From an uncultured Clostridia bacterium (lineage in GTDB: Bacteria; Bacillota; Clostridia; Christensenellales; UBA1242), in contig CANQRC010000001.1 in the NCBI GenBank assembly GCA_947626155.1, forward strand, positions 1,799 through 65,798: 64,000 nucleotides of DNA, given 5' to 3'. Every line of letters starts with the position of its first letter. Within the stretch, counting starts at the first letter, position 1. Shown piece by piece: positions 1 through 8,450 of the stretch. A program made the translations under genes and the position numbers. The notes under the pieces were generated by a model, which saw only the letters and a program-made list of their open reading frames with translations, was not told the origin of the DNA and ran no database searches.

Positions 1-1
1 G

Positions 2-529
2 CTTGGTATGTATCAGTCAATTTTCACGGCTCTTTCACTGATAACCATGGGCTTTTATCTTAAATTTTACCGCAAAAAGCGCTCAAAATGGTTCATTGGC
101 GGCACAATTGGGCTTGTAACTTGCACAATTATTGGAATTTTGTCCGTCACAAACGAAATTACAATCATAATTTTCTACGCCGTTTACGTGATTTTGAACG
201 TCATTTTGATGTCCGTCTCCGACAGCCGAAGGTCGGGCGTTGTGCGCGTGTTGTCGCTTCACTCTCACATCCTTGAAAGCACAGCCTTGACCGAATTTTG
301 GCTGGGCGCGGGAAGAATTTTGTCGTCAGTTTTGCTTCTTCTTTCGGGAGTGTTTGACGGAATGTTGGGCGGCGGAACGCTGTTCTTGAAAATTGTAATT
401 GGAATTGTGTGCGCGTTCTACTGTATGTATGGCCTAAGCCTGATTTTCTTGGAAAAATCCCTTATCAAGCAGGATGAAGAATTCAAAAAGGCGCACATGG
501 CTGAGGTTATTGAAAAAGTTGAAGACTAA
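2..529 (+). CDS. C-terminal part of a polytopic membrane protein (5' end outside window)
   Basis: The frame is open to the left edge. The product is a series of hydrophobic helices (IGLVTCTIIGILSV, IVIGIVCAFYCMYGLSLIF). No family recognised. Confidence 0.5.
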   Translation, partial: LGMYQSIFTALSLITMGFYLKFYRKKRSKWFIGGTIGLVTCTIIGILSVTNEITIIIFYAVYVILNVILMSVSDSRRSGVVRVLSLHSHILESTALTEFWLGAGRILSSVLLLLSGVFDGMLGGGTLFLKIVIGIVCAFYCMYGLSLIFLEKSLIKQDEEFKKAHMAEVIEKVED

Positions 530-554
530 CAAGCATAACGCTTGTTTTTCTTTT
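529..554 (+). terminator. Rho-independent terminator
   Basis: Stem ACAAGC/GCTTGT (529-534/540-545) with a 5-nt loop, followed by TTTTTCTTTT. Confidence 0.5.
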
Positions 555-622
555 AATTTTAATAACCGCTTTACTTTTTTTGTTTTGTGTGATAATATTT
601 AGTGTAATTTAAAGGAGTTTTT

Positions 623-1730
623 ATGATTGTTGACGTTCAAAAAGAAAAATTGGGGCAGCTAAAAGCAGATTTTGCCTTTATTAAGGAGTGTCTTTGACCC
701 GGACGGGCTTGAAAAAAAACTTGAAGAATATAAGCAAATTCAGCTTTCTGACGGATTTTTTAGTGACGCAAAAAAAGTCTCCAAAATTGGCAGAGAGATG
801 AAACTTTGTGAATATAAACTTGACAAAATTAAGTCCTTGAAGGCCATGATTGAAAATTGTGAGGCGAGTATTGAACTTTTGGAAGAGATGGACGACCAAT
901 CAATTTTTGACGAACTGACCGACACGCTTTCAAAACTTGAAAAAGATATTGAAAATGCCAAATTGGAAACCTTGCTTTCTGGAAAATATGACAACTACAA
1001 CGCCATCATGACGCTTCACGCCGGTGCAGGCGGAACCGAGGCGCAGGATTGGACGGATATGCTTTATAGGATGTATTCTATATATGCCGAAAAAAGCGGT
1101 TTTAAGGTGAAAGTTTTGGATGTGCTTGACGGCGAAGACGCAGGAATTAAATCAATTTCTTTTCTCGTTTCGGGGGAGTATGCCTACGGCTATTTAAAGG
1201 CGGAAAAGGGCGTGCATAGGCTTGTGAGAATTTCTCCTTTTGATGCAAATGCCAGAAGGCACACAAGTTTTGCAAGCGTTGAGGTTATGCCGGAAATTGA
1301 GGAAGCGCCAGACATTGTGATTAGGCCGGAAGACCTAAAAATTGACACATACAGAAGCTCGGGCGCTGGCGGTCAGCACGTGAACAAAACAGAGTCGGCA
1401 ATAAGAATTATGCACATTCCAAGCGGAATTATTGTGGCGTGCCAAACGGAGCGCTCGCAGGTGCAAAACCGCGAAACGGCAATGAAAATGTTGTATTCAA
1501 AACTTGTTGAAAAGCAGGAACTTGAGGAGATGGAAAAACTTGCCTCAATTCGCGGAGATATCAAAAAAATTGAGTGGGGCAGCCAGATTAGGTCCTATGT
1601 TTTTTGCCCTTACACGCTTGTGAAGGACCACAGAACCAATTTTGAGGACAGCGACGTTCAGTCGGTTATGAATGGAAACATTCAGGAATTTATAAACGAA
1701 TATTTAAAAAGGGCAAGTGTAAAGCAATGA
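623..1730 (+). CDS. prfB: Peptide chain release factor 2, expressed by programmed +1 frameshift
   Basis: A short frame-0 ORF from ATG 623 (MIVDVQKEKLGQLKADFAFIKECL) stops at TGA 695-697. The +1 frame from GAC 696 continues to 1730 and carries the RF2 SPF motif (RISPFDANARRHTSF) and GGQ (SSGAGGQHVNK). Confidence 0.95.
683..698 (+). promoter_or_regulatory. RF2 autoregulatory +1 frameshift site
   Basis: Internal SD-like AAGGAG (683-688), a 3-nt spacer, then CTT TGA C (692-698). This is the same architecture as the classical RF2 recoding site. Confidence 0.9.
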
Positions 1731-2785
1731 GTTATGAAGAGGTGGCAAAACAAAAGTTTGAGGCGTTAAAGACAAAAAAAGATGTCTTAATTCTTTCTGT
1801 GGAAAGTTCTTGCGACGAAACCTCAATTGCGCTTGTCAAAAACGGCAGAGAGGTGCTTTCAAACATCATTTCCTCTCAAATTGATATTCACAAACTTTAT
1901 GGCGGAGTTGTGCCGGAAATTGCTTCAAGAAATCACATAAAAAACATCTCCGGCGTGCTTGAAGAGGCGCTTAATGAAGCGGGAAAAACGCTTGAGGATG
2001 TTGACGCGGTGGCAGTAACTTATGGCGCAGGGCTGATTGGGGCGCTGCTTGTTGGGGTGAACTTTGCAAAAACACTGGCTTACGCGCTGAAAGTACCACT
2101 TATTGCAGTTAGCCATGTTCATGGGCATATTGGCGCGAATTATATTTCTCACAAAAATCTCACTCCGCCGTTCTTGTGCCTTATGGTCAGCGGCGGCCAC
2201 ACAGCAATTGTTCAGGTGGAGGATTATTGCTCTTTCAAACTGCTTGGAATGACGGTTGACGACAGCGTGGGCGAGTGCTTTGACAAGGTGGCAAGGGTGC
2301 TTGGGCTTTACTATCCCGGCGGACCAAATGTGGAGAGGCTTGCAAAGAACGGCGAGAAGAAAGTGAAATTCAACTATCACACACCTCTTCCAAATAGCCT
2401 AGACTTTTCTTTCAGCGGCTTGAAAACGGCAGTTGTAAATTATGTTCACAATAAGGAGCAAAAGGGCGAGGAATTTTCAAAGGCGGATGTGGCAATGTCT
2501 TTTCAGGAACTTGCAATAGACGAACTTGAAAGCAAGGTGGCAATGGCAATAAAAAAAGTTGGAGCAAAAAAACTTGTTATTGCCGGCGGCGTTGGGGCAA
2601 ACAAAGCGCTCAGGGGCAGGCTTGAGAAAACTTGCAAAAGTTTGGGAGTGGAAATGTTTGCACCAGACCTAAAATTTTGCACAGACAACGCCGCCATGAT
2701 TGGCTCAATTGCCTACTACTACATCTTAGCCGGAATTGGACTTGCTGACCTTACTTTGACGGCTTCGCCGGTTGTTCCAATTTAA
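1727..2785 (+). CDS. tsaD: tRNA N6-adenosine threonylcarbamoyltransferase TsaD
   Basis: Kae1/Gcp-family sequence (ILSVESSCDETSIALV, HVHGHIGANY, MVSGGHTAIV). The ATG overlaps the prfB stop (ATGA). Confidence 0.93.
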   Translation: MSYEEVAKQKFEALKTKKDVLILSVESSCDETSIALVKNGREVLSNIISSQIDIHKLYGGVVPEIASRNHIKNISGVLEEALNEAGKTLEDVDAVAVTYGAGLIGALLVGVNFAKTLAYALKVPLIAVSHVHGHIGANYISHKNLTPPFLCLMVSGGHTAIVQVEDYCSFKLLGMTVDDSVGECFDKVARVLGLYYPGGPNVERLAKNGEKKVKFNYHTPLPNSLDFSFSGLKTAVVNYVHNKEQKGEEFSKADVAMSFQELAIDELESKVAMAIKKVGAKKLVIAGGVGANKALRGRLEKTCKSLGVEMFAPDLKFCTDNAAMIGSIAYYYILAGIGLADLTLTASPVVPI

Positions 2786-2948
2786 ATTAAAGAAGAAATA
2801 TTTAAATAAAATAATAAATAAAAAATATTTAAAAATTAAAAAAATAACGAAAAAATTCAATTTTTTATCAAAAAAAACGCTTTTTTTAATATTTTTTTTG
2901 AATTTTTAATAATTTTTAGTCATTTTTTTGGAATTTAAAGGAGTTTTT

Positions 2949-4136
2949 ATGGAATTATTAGCACCAGCAGGAAATTTTGAAAAATTTCAAACTGCACTTC
3001 ATTTTGGGGCAGATGCTTTTTATTTGGCGGGAGGCAGATTTGGGCTTCGCGCCTTCGCGGGAAACTTCACTGAGGAGGAACTTGAAAAGGCGGTTAAAAT
3101 TGCCCATGCGAACAAGAAGAAAGTCTATGTCACGCTGAACATCATTGCCAAAGACAAGGATTTTGACGGGCTGAAAGAATATCTTCAATTTTTGACAAAA
3201 ATAAAGATTGATGCGGTGATTGTTGCTGATATTGGCGTGATGGAATTTGTGAGGGAGAACGCTCCAAAACTTTCAATACATATTTCCACGCAGGCGAACA
3301 TCATAAACAGCCACTCTGCAAAACTTATGGCAAAACTTGGTGCGAAAAGGCTTATTCTTGCAAGGGAACTTTCGCTAAATGAAATTGCCGAAATTAGAAA
3401 ACAAGTTCCAAAAAGTGTGCAAATTGAGGTGTTTGTTCACGGGGCAATGTGCATGGCTTATTCTGGAAGATGCCTGCTTTCAAACTATTTGACGGGAAGA
3501 GACAGCAATCACGGCGAGTGTGTTCAGGCTTGCAGGTGGAAATATTATGTTAGGGAAGTCAGCCGCGATGATGAGTTGGAGGTGCAGGAAGATGAAAAGG
3601 GAACTTACATCTTTAATTCCAAAGATTTGAACATGATTAAGCATTTGCAAGAACTAAAAGATGCCGGCGTGGACAGCATTAAAATTGAGGGCAGGATGAA
3701 ATCTTCCTATTATGTTGCAACGGTTGTGAACGCTTACAGGCAGGCGCTTGACATTTTGCCAAAGAAGCCAAGCAAGGCGCTATGCGACGAACTTTTGAAA
3801 GCAAGTCACAGGCGCTACACCACAGGCTTCTATTTTGAGGGCGAGCAGAAGCAGTTCACCGAGGACAGTATGCCTGTTCAAGAGAGCGAATTTGTGGCAA
3901 TTGTCACCAAAGATTGTGACGGCAAAAATGTTGAACTTGAAATGAGAAATAAATTCTCTTGCGGCGAAAAACTTGAAATTTTAAGCCCAAATTCCAAAAT
4001 TTTTCGAAAAAAACTTGAAATTTCTGAAATTTTGAACAGTTCTGGGCAAAAAGTTGAGAGCGCAAAGGTTGTTCAAGAGAGGGTTGTTGTGCCTTGCAAA
4101 CTTCCTCTTAAAGCGGGTGACATCCTAAGAAGATAA
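2949..4136 (+). CDS. Peptidase U32 family protein (collagenase-like / RNA hydroxylation family)
   Basis: MELLAPAGNFEKFQTALHFGADAFYLAG and HGAMCMAYSGRCLLSNY are typical of the U32 family. AAAGGAG RBS at 2936-2942 precedes ATG 2949. The track start at 2928 is a TTG further upstream. Confidence 0.85.
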   Translation: MELLAPAGNFEKFQTALHFGADAFYLAGGRFGLRAFAGNFTEEELEKAVKIAHANKKKVYVTLNIIAKDKDFDGLKEYLQFLTKIKIDAVIVADIGVMEFVRENAPKLSIHISTQANIINSHSAKLMAKLGAKRLILARELSLNEIAEIRKQVPKSVQIEVFVHGAMCMAYSGRCLLSNYLTGRDSNHGECVQACRWKYYVREVSRDDELEVQEDEKGTYIFNSKDLNMIKHLQELKDAGVDSIKIEGRMKSSYYVATVVNAYRQALDILPKKPSKALCDELLKASHRRYTTGFYFEGEQKQFTEDSMPVQESEFVAIVTKDCDGKNVELEMRNKFSCGEKLEILSPNSKIFRKKLEISEILNSSGQKVESAKVVQERVVVPCKLPLKAGDILRR

Positions 4137-4140
4137 TTGC

Positions 4141-4170
4141 TTGACAAATGTTTTGCATATATGTTAATAT
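4141..4170 (+). promoter_or_regulatory. Sigma-A-type promoter for the 4192 gene
   Basis: TTGACA 4141-4146, then TGT-TAATAT ending at 4170. Confidence 0.5.
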
Positions 4171-4191
4171 GTTTGTGTAAAAGGAAATAAG

Positions 4192-4689
4192 ATGGCAAAA
4201 GTCAATGTAAAAAACATTGAAAACGTTGAGGGCGAATACCACTTGATGTTTTATGAGGGCAAAAATATTGTGGAGGCTGCAAAAAACGAATTGCGCTTTC
4301 TTTGGTCTTCACTTTTGTTTTTCGTTGCGCTGCTTCTGCTTTTTGTGATAATTTCTGGCTTCAACGAATTTTATATTTATTTTGCTTTTGCATATGTTGT
4401 TGTGTTTGTTTTGATGTTTGTTTACTTAAAATTTCAAAAGCGAAAGGGTGTTAAACAGTGCGTTTATGCGGTTGCGAATTCCAATTCAAGCGAGATTGTT
4501 GCAAAGCAGGTTGACAAGCGCAAGGCAGGAAGATTGTTTGTAAAATCTATGTCAAACACCATTGATAAATATGAACTAGACAAAAAATATCCATTTTTCA
4601 TTCAAAGATTTTTGAGACGCCGCAGGCAAAGCCGAATTGCAGATGCGGTCACAGAATTTGAGAAGATAAACGAAAGTCGCAAAAAATAA
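4192..4689 (+). CDS. Hypothetical membrane protein
   Basis: AAGGAA RBS. Two central hydrophobic helices and a basic C-terminal tail. No family recognised. Confidence 0.6.
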   Translation: MAKVNVKNIENVEGEYHLMFYEGKNIVEAAKNELRFLWSSLLFFVALLLLFVIISGFNEFYIYFAFAYVVVFVLMFVYLKFQKRKGVKQCVYAVANSNSSEIVAKQVDKRKAGRLFVKSMSNTIDKYELDKKYPFFIQRFLRRRRQSRIADAVTEFEKINESRKK

Positions 4690-4731
4690 CGCGGCTTTTT
4701 CTTTTTCATAAACAAAACAACAACAAAACAC

Positions 4732-4760
4732 TTGTTTTTTTTAATATATTTTGCTATTAT
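4732..4760 (+). promoter_or_regulatory. Sigma-A-type promoter of the AlaRS leader
   Basis: TTGTTT 4732-4737, a 17-nt spacer, and the extended -10 TGC-TATTAT (4752-4760). This implies an approximately 190-nt leader before ATG 4956. Confidence 0.5.
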
Positions 4761-4790
4761 ATAAAGGATCTTATTTTGCTTCTCTTTTGT

Positions 4791-4943
4791 TTACTTTTCT
4801 TTGTGAATGGGTTTCAAAACGAACAAAAAAAGAGAAAGTAATTGATTTTCTTTTGCCTACTTTTCTTTTGCAAAAACAACCAAAAAAGATAAAGTGGTTG
4901 ATTTTCTTTTGCCTACTTTTCTTTTCTTCAAAAGAAAAGTAGG
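4791..4943 (+). repeat. Three tandem related hairpins, including a perfect 28-bp direct repeat
   Basis: TTGATTTTCTTTTGCCTACTTTTCTTTT occurs at 4842-4869 and 4898-4925 (56-bp period). A perfect 14-bp stem CCTACTTTTCTTTT/AAAAGAAAAGTAGG lies at 4912-4925/4930-4943. Imperfect versions lie at 4791-4841 and 4856-4897. Confidence 0.85.
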
Positions 4944-4955
4944 GGAGGTAGAATT

Positions 4956-6767
4956 ATGAAAACAGATACAGAACTTAAAGAACTTTGGTTTAAATTTTTT
5001 GAAAAGCACGGGTTTAAGAGGATTGAAAATGCGTCAATCATTCCTGAAAACGACCCAAGCGTTTTGTTCACCACGGCGGGAATGCACCCACTTGTGCCAT
5101 ATCTTCTTGGCGAAAAACACCCTCAAGGCAACAGGATTTGCAATGTTCAAAGGTGTTTGAGAACGGGCGACATTGACGAGGTTGGCGACGACGGCCACCT
5201 TACTTGCTTTGAAATGCTTGGAAATTGGTTTTTGGGGGATTGCCCAAAAGAGGAGATGATTAAACTCTCCTTTGAATTTTTGACAAGCAAAGAATATCTT
5301 GGCATTCCAAAAGAGAGGCTTGCCACTACAGTTTTTGCTGGCGACGAAACTGCGCCAAGGGATGATGTTGCTTACAATGCTTGGAAAGAGTGCGGAATTA
5401 AAGAGGTTTTCTTCATGCCAAAAGAGCACAATTGGTGGGGGCTTGGCGGTGGCGTTGGCCCTTGCGGACCAGACACCGAGATGTTTTATGACACCGGAAA
5501 GCCAAAGTGCGGCCCAAACTGCTCTCCTGCGTGCGACTGCGGCAAATATCTCGAAATTTGGAACGACGTCTTCATGCAATATAGGGTTGACAAGGCGGGC
5601 GAAAGGGCCTCGGCTCTGCAAAGGCCAAACATTGACACCGGAATGGGGCTTGAAAGAACTGTTTGCGTGCTTAATGGCGTTAAAAGCGTTTATGACAGCG
5701 GCATTTTTAAGGATGTCATTGACTTTATTGGCACAAAAGCTCAAGTTAAATACACCGAAAGCGACTCCGCAAAGCGCTCTTACAGAATTATCACCGACCA
5801 CTTGCGTTCCTCTGTGTTTGTTTTGGGCGATTATAGGGGCGTTGTGCCATCAAATGTTGGGCAAGGCTACATTTTGAGAAGATTTATCAGGCGCGCAATC
5901 AACTGCGCAAGAAATATTGGCCTTGACACAAAATATTTTGGCGACATTGCAGACCTCTTCATCCAAAAGCACGGGCAAGATTATCCTGATATCAAGCAAA
6001 AGTCCGAGTTTATTAAAGACGAACTTTCAAAAGAGGTTGAAAAGTTTTCTAAGGCCTTGGAAGAGGGGCATAAAGAATTTGAAAAGGTTATTGCAGGAAT
6101 TGAAAGACACAAACAATTTGCCAAAGATGAGGTTGTGGAAGACATAATTTCGGGAAAGGCTTGTTTTAGGCTTTATGACACTTTTGGCTTTCCATTTGAA
6201 CTGACAAAAGAACTTGCCAAAGAGCGCGGCTTTGATGTTGACGAAGCCGGCTTTAAGAAAGCGTTTGAGGAACATCAAGAGAAAAGCCGAACCGCCTCTG
6301 CGGGAACGTTTAAGGGCGGGCTTGCCGACAGCAGTTATGAAAGCGCAAAACTTCACACTGCAACTCACCTGATTATGGCAGGGCTTAGAAAGATGTTTGG
6401 CCCACAGGTTATGCAGAAGGGGTCGAACATCACGCCGGAAAGATTGAGACTGGACTTCAATCTAGACCACAAAATGACGCCAGAAGAACTTGAAACGCTT
6501 GAAAAATTTGTGAATGACGCAATTTCTCAGGCAATTCCGGTTTCTTTTGAGGAACTTAGCCTTGAAGATGCAAAAAAGAGCGGCGCGGTTGGCGTGTTTG
6601 AAAATAAATATGGAAATGTTGTGAAAGTTTACACAATTGGAAATGTTTCCAAAGAAATTTGTGGCGGTCCTCATGCGAAAAACACAAAAGACCTTCACCA
6701 CTTGAAAATTGTGAAAGAAGAAAGTTCTTCAAGTGGAATTAGAAGAATCAAGGCAATACTAGACTGA
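4956..6767 (+). CDS. alaS: Alanine--tRNA ligase, short form (603 aa, no C-Ala domain)
   Basis: Class II AlaRS core (FTTAGMHP, CFEMLGNW, GPCGPDTEMFYD, LEIWNDVFMQY, DTGMGLER, GQGYILRRFIRR, RLYDTFGFP). Editing-site HTATHL and CGGPHA motifs are present. The protein ends right after GIRRIKAILD. Confidence 0.8.
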   Translation: MKTDTELKELWFKFFEKHGFKRIENASIIPENDPSVLFTTAGMHPLVPYLLGEKHPQGNRICNVQRCLRTGDIDEVGDDGHLTCFEMLGNWFLGDCPKEEMIKLSFEFLTSKEYLGIPKERLATTVFAGDETAPRDDVAYNAWKECGIKEVFFMPKEHNWWGLGGGVGPCGPDTEMFYDTGKPKCGPNCSPACDCGKYLEIWNDVFMQYRVDKAGERASALQRPNIDTGMGLERTVCVLNGVKSVYDSGIFKDVIDFIGTKAQVKYTESDSAKRSYRIITDHLRSSVFVLGDYRGVVPSNVGQGYILRRFIRRAINCARNIGLDTKYFGDIADLFIQKHGQDYPDIKQKSEFIKDELSKEVEKFSKALEEGHKEFEKVIAGIERHKQFAKDEVVEDIISGKACFRLYDTFGFPFELTKELAKERGFDVDEAGFKKAFEEHQEKSRTASAGTFKGGLADSSYESAKLHTATHLIMAGLRKMFGPQVMQKGSNITPERLRLDFNLDHKMTPEELETLEKFVNDAISQAIPVSFEELSLEDAKKSGAVGVFENKYGNVVKVYTIGNVSKEICGGPHAKNTKDLHHLKIVKEESSSSGIRRIKAILD

Positions 6768-6773
6768 TTTTAT

Positions 6774-6802
6774 GATTGACAATTTGGGAATTTTGTGTTA
6801 TC
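6774..6802 (+). promoter_or_regulatory. Sigma-A-type promoter
   Basis: TTGACA 6774-6779, a 17-nt spacer, TGT-TATCAT (6794-6802). Confidence 0.55.
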
Positions 6803-6836
6803 ATAAATATGTAAAACAAATTGAAAGGAGGTTTAT

Positions 6837-8405
6837 ATGGCGTCTGGACAAATTAAAAAAGGATTTTTCTTCTATTTTGGAATGTTCACACTTCTTCTTG
6901 TGACAGTGTTTTTGATTTGCCTTGTCATCATGATTTTCTGCCCGGGGAAAGCTGTTCTTTGGATGAAATATTTCACGGGAAATGAGGTTTATGTTGTTGA
7001 AAAAACAACTGATACTGGAGCGCCAATTAGTTGGGGCGCTGTTAATGACATTGTTATAAGTGCACCAAATTACGCAAAAGTTACCGTTCAACATACACAT
7101 GACAATAATATTGGCGGAATTAAAGAACCTGACACAGGAATTTATATTGTAAACCACGCGAAAGGTTTTCAAGGGGCATCTGGTGCTGTTGATTTTGGCT
7201 TTGATGTAACTTATAATGTCGGAAAATTGAAAATCAGCCTCAAAGAACCAAATGGATTTTTGTTCTTCTCGAAGGACATTGAAGTTGTTGTCCACACAAG
7301 CATTTTTGCAAGACAAACAAGTTTGAATGATAAAAATCTTGTTGTGCTTGGTGGCGCTGGTGATGTTGCAATTGGAAAAGCTTACACCACTGACGAATCT
7401 GTAAAGTTGAAATCTCTCTATGTTTCAACAACAAGTGGAAATGTGTCCCTTGAAAAGAATTTTGACACAACTTCAGCTGATGTATTAACTGAAAACATCA
7501 AGCAAGAGGACACGGGCAAAAATAATATTGGCTCACTTTACATCAGCACGGGTTCGGGAAGCATTACTGCAAGTCAGCTTGTCTCAAACGGCGCTGGCAG
7601 CACTGTAAACGGTTTGGTGCTTAAAACTGTTGGAACATTCAAAACTGACAGCGGAGACATTCGCCTTGGAAGAGTTGAAAGCACAAGCGACATACAAATT
7701 GAGTGCAAACAAGGAACAGTTGTAAGCAATTATATGAAGACAAGCGGCGACATCAAAATTAAATGCACGCATGGAAATTATGACATTGACAAAGTTGAGG
7801 GAAATTTGTCTTTTGTGGATGCACTTGAAACAATTATTTCTCCAAACATCACAATTGGCGAGGTGACGGGAAGTTTCACAATTGGCACGGCTGCGCTTAA
7901 ATCCAGCCCAGATGTAAACATCTCAAAGGTTGGCGGAACTTTGACTGCTTATTGTGATAGCGGAACTCTTACAGTCGGAGAGGCAGGCGGAATTGTCTTG
8001 ATTGAATCTGATAAAATGACTGTGAACATCAAGTTGGCAGAAACGAATAAGGAGGATGTATCTATAACAAACGGAACAGCATCAACCAATCTTTCACTAA
8101 GAGGTGCTGTTGGGGATAGAGGCGGCAAGAAAATCCTTGTTAAAACACATGGCGCTTTTGTTTTGAGCTTTACAGGTGATGCGACGTTTAGGGCTCGCAC
8201 ATATAAATATGACAAAGACAAGGCAGAGCAAAAGGGTGATCCACTGCCATCCAACACCGGAATTATCAACATCAACGGCTATGTATGGGAGGAAGATAAG
8301 AGCAATTTCAATCCACGCGACTATCAAGGTGCTGAAAACATCACAATCATAACGGGCGCAACCGGAAATGGAAGTGTTGTGTTTAATAAAGTTGACAAAA
8401 TTTAA
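6837..8405 (+). CDS. Membrane-anchored beta-helix repeat protein (DUF4097 / putative-adhesin-like)
   Basis: AGGAGG RBS and an N-terminal TM helix. This is followed by repetitive short beta-strand units (TSGNVSL, GSGSITA, DSGDIRL, TSGDIKI, SGTLTV). Confidence 0.55.
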   Translation: MASGQIKKGFFFYFGMFTLLLVTVFLICLVIMIFCPGKAVLWMKYFTGNEVYVVEKTTDTGAPISWGAVNDIVISAPNYAKVTVQHTHDNNIGGIKEPDTGIYIVNHAKGFQGASGAVDFGFDVTYNVGKLKISLKEPNGFLFFSKDIEVVVHTSIFARQTSLNDKNLVVLGGAGDVAIGKAYTTDESVKLKSLYVSTTSGNVSLEKNFDTTSADVLTENIKQEDTGKNNIGSLYISTGSGSITASQLVSNGAGSTVNGLVLKTVGTFKTDSGDIRLGRVESTSDIQIECKQGTVVSNYMKTSGDIKIKCTHGNYDIDKVEGNLSFVDALETIISPNITIGEVTGSFTIGTAALKSSPDVNISKVGGTLTAYCDSGTLTVGEAGGIVLIESDKMTVNIKLAETNKEDVSITNGTASTNLSLRGAVGDRGGKKILVKTHGAFVLSFTGDATFRARTYKYDKDKAEQKGDPLPSNTGIININGYVWEEDKSNFNPRDYQGAENITIITGATGNGSVVFNKVDKI

Positions 8406-8413
8406 ATAAAAAA

Positions 8414-8436
8414 CGGCATTTATTTGCCGATTTTTT
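8414..8436 (+). terminator. Rho-independent terminator
   Basis: Stem CGGCA/TGCCG (8414-8418/8425-8429) followed by a T6 run. Confidence 0.5.
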
Positions 8437-8450
8437 AATTGGAGGAGAAT

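Noticed and set aside
4842-4925. Two identical 28-bp repeats separated by a 28-bp spacer looked like a minimal CRISPR array.
   Set aside because: There are only two copies and no cas genes. The repeats are pyrimidine tracts that pair with adjacent purine arms, and they lie inside a promoter-to-RBS leader.
4751-4942. A 63-aa ORF in the alaS leader.
   Set aside because: It starts at a non-ATG codon with no RBS. Its sequence is simply the translation of the T-rich hairpin and direct-repeat arms, so the region is better explained as structured leader RNA.
4767-4955. A T-box riboswitch was expected upstream of an aminoacyl-tRNA synthetase gene.
   Set aside because: There is no T-box consensus (AAnnnGGGTGGTACCGCG-like), no specifier-loop architecture and no terminator T-run.
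5299-5877. A 192-aa + strand ORF in an alternative frame inside alaS.
   Set aside because: It lies wholly within the well-supported AlaRS frame, in its most GC-rich stretch. It has no RBS and its product is Ala/Leu/Thr-rich off-frame sequence.
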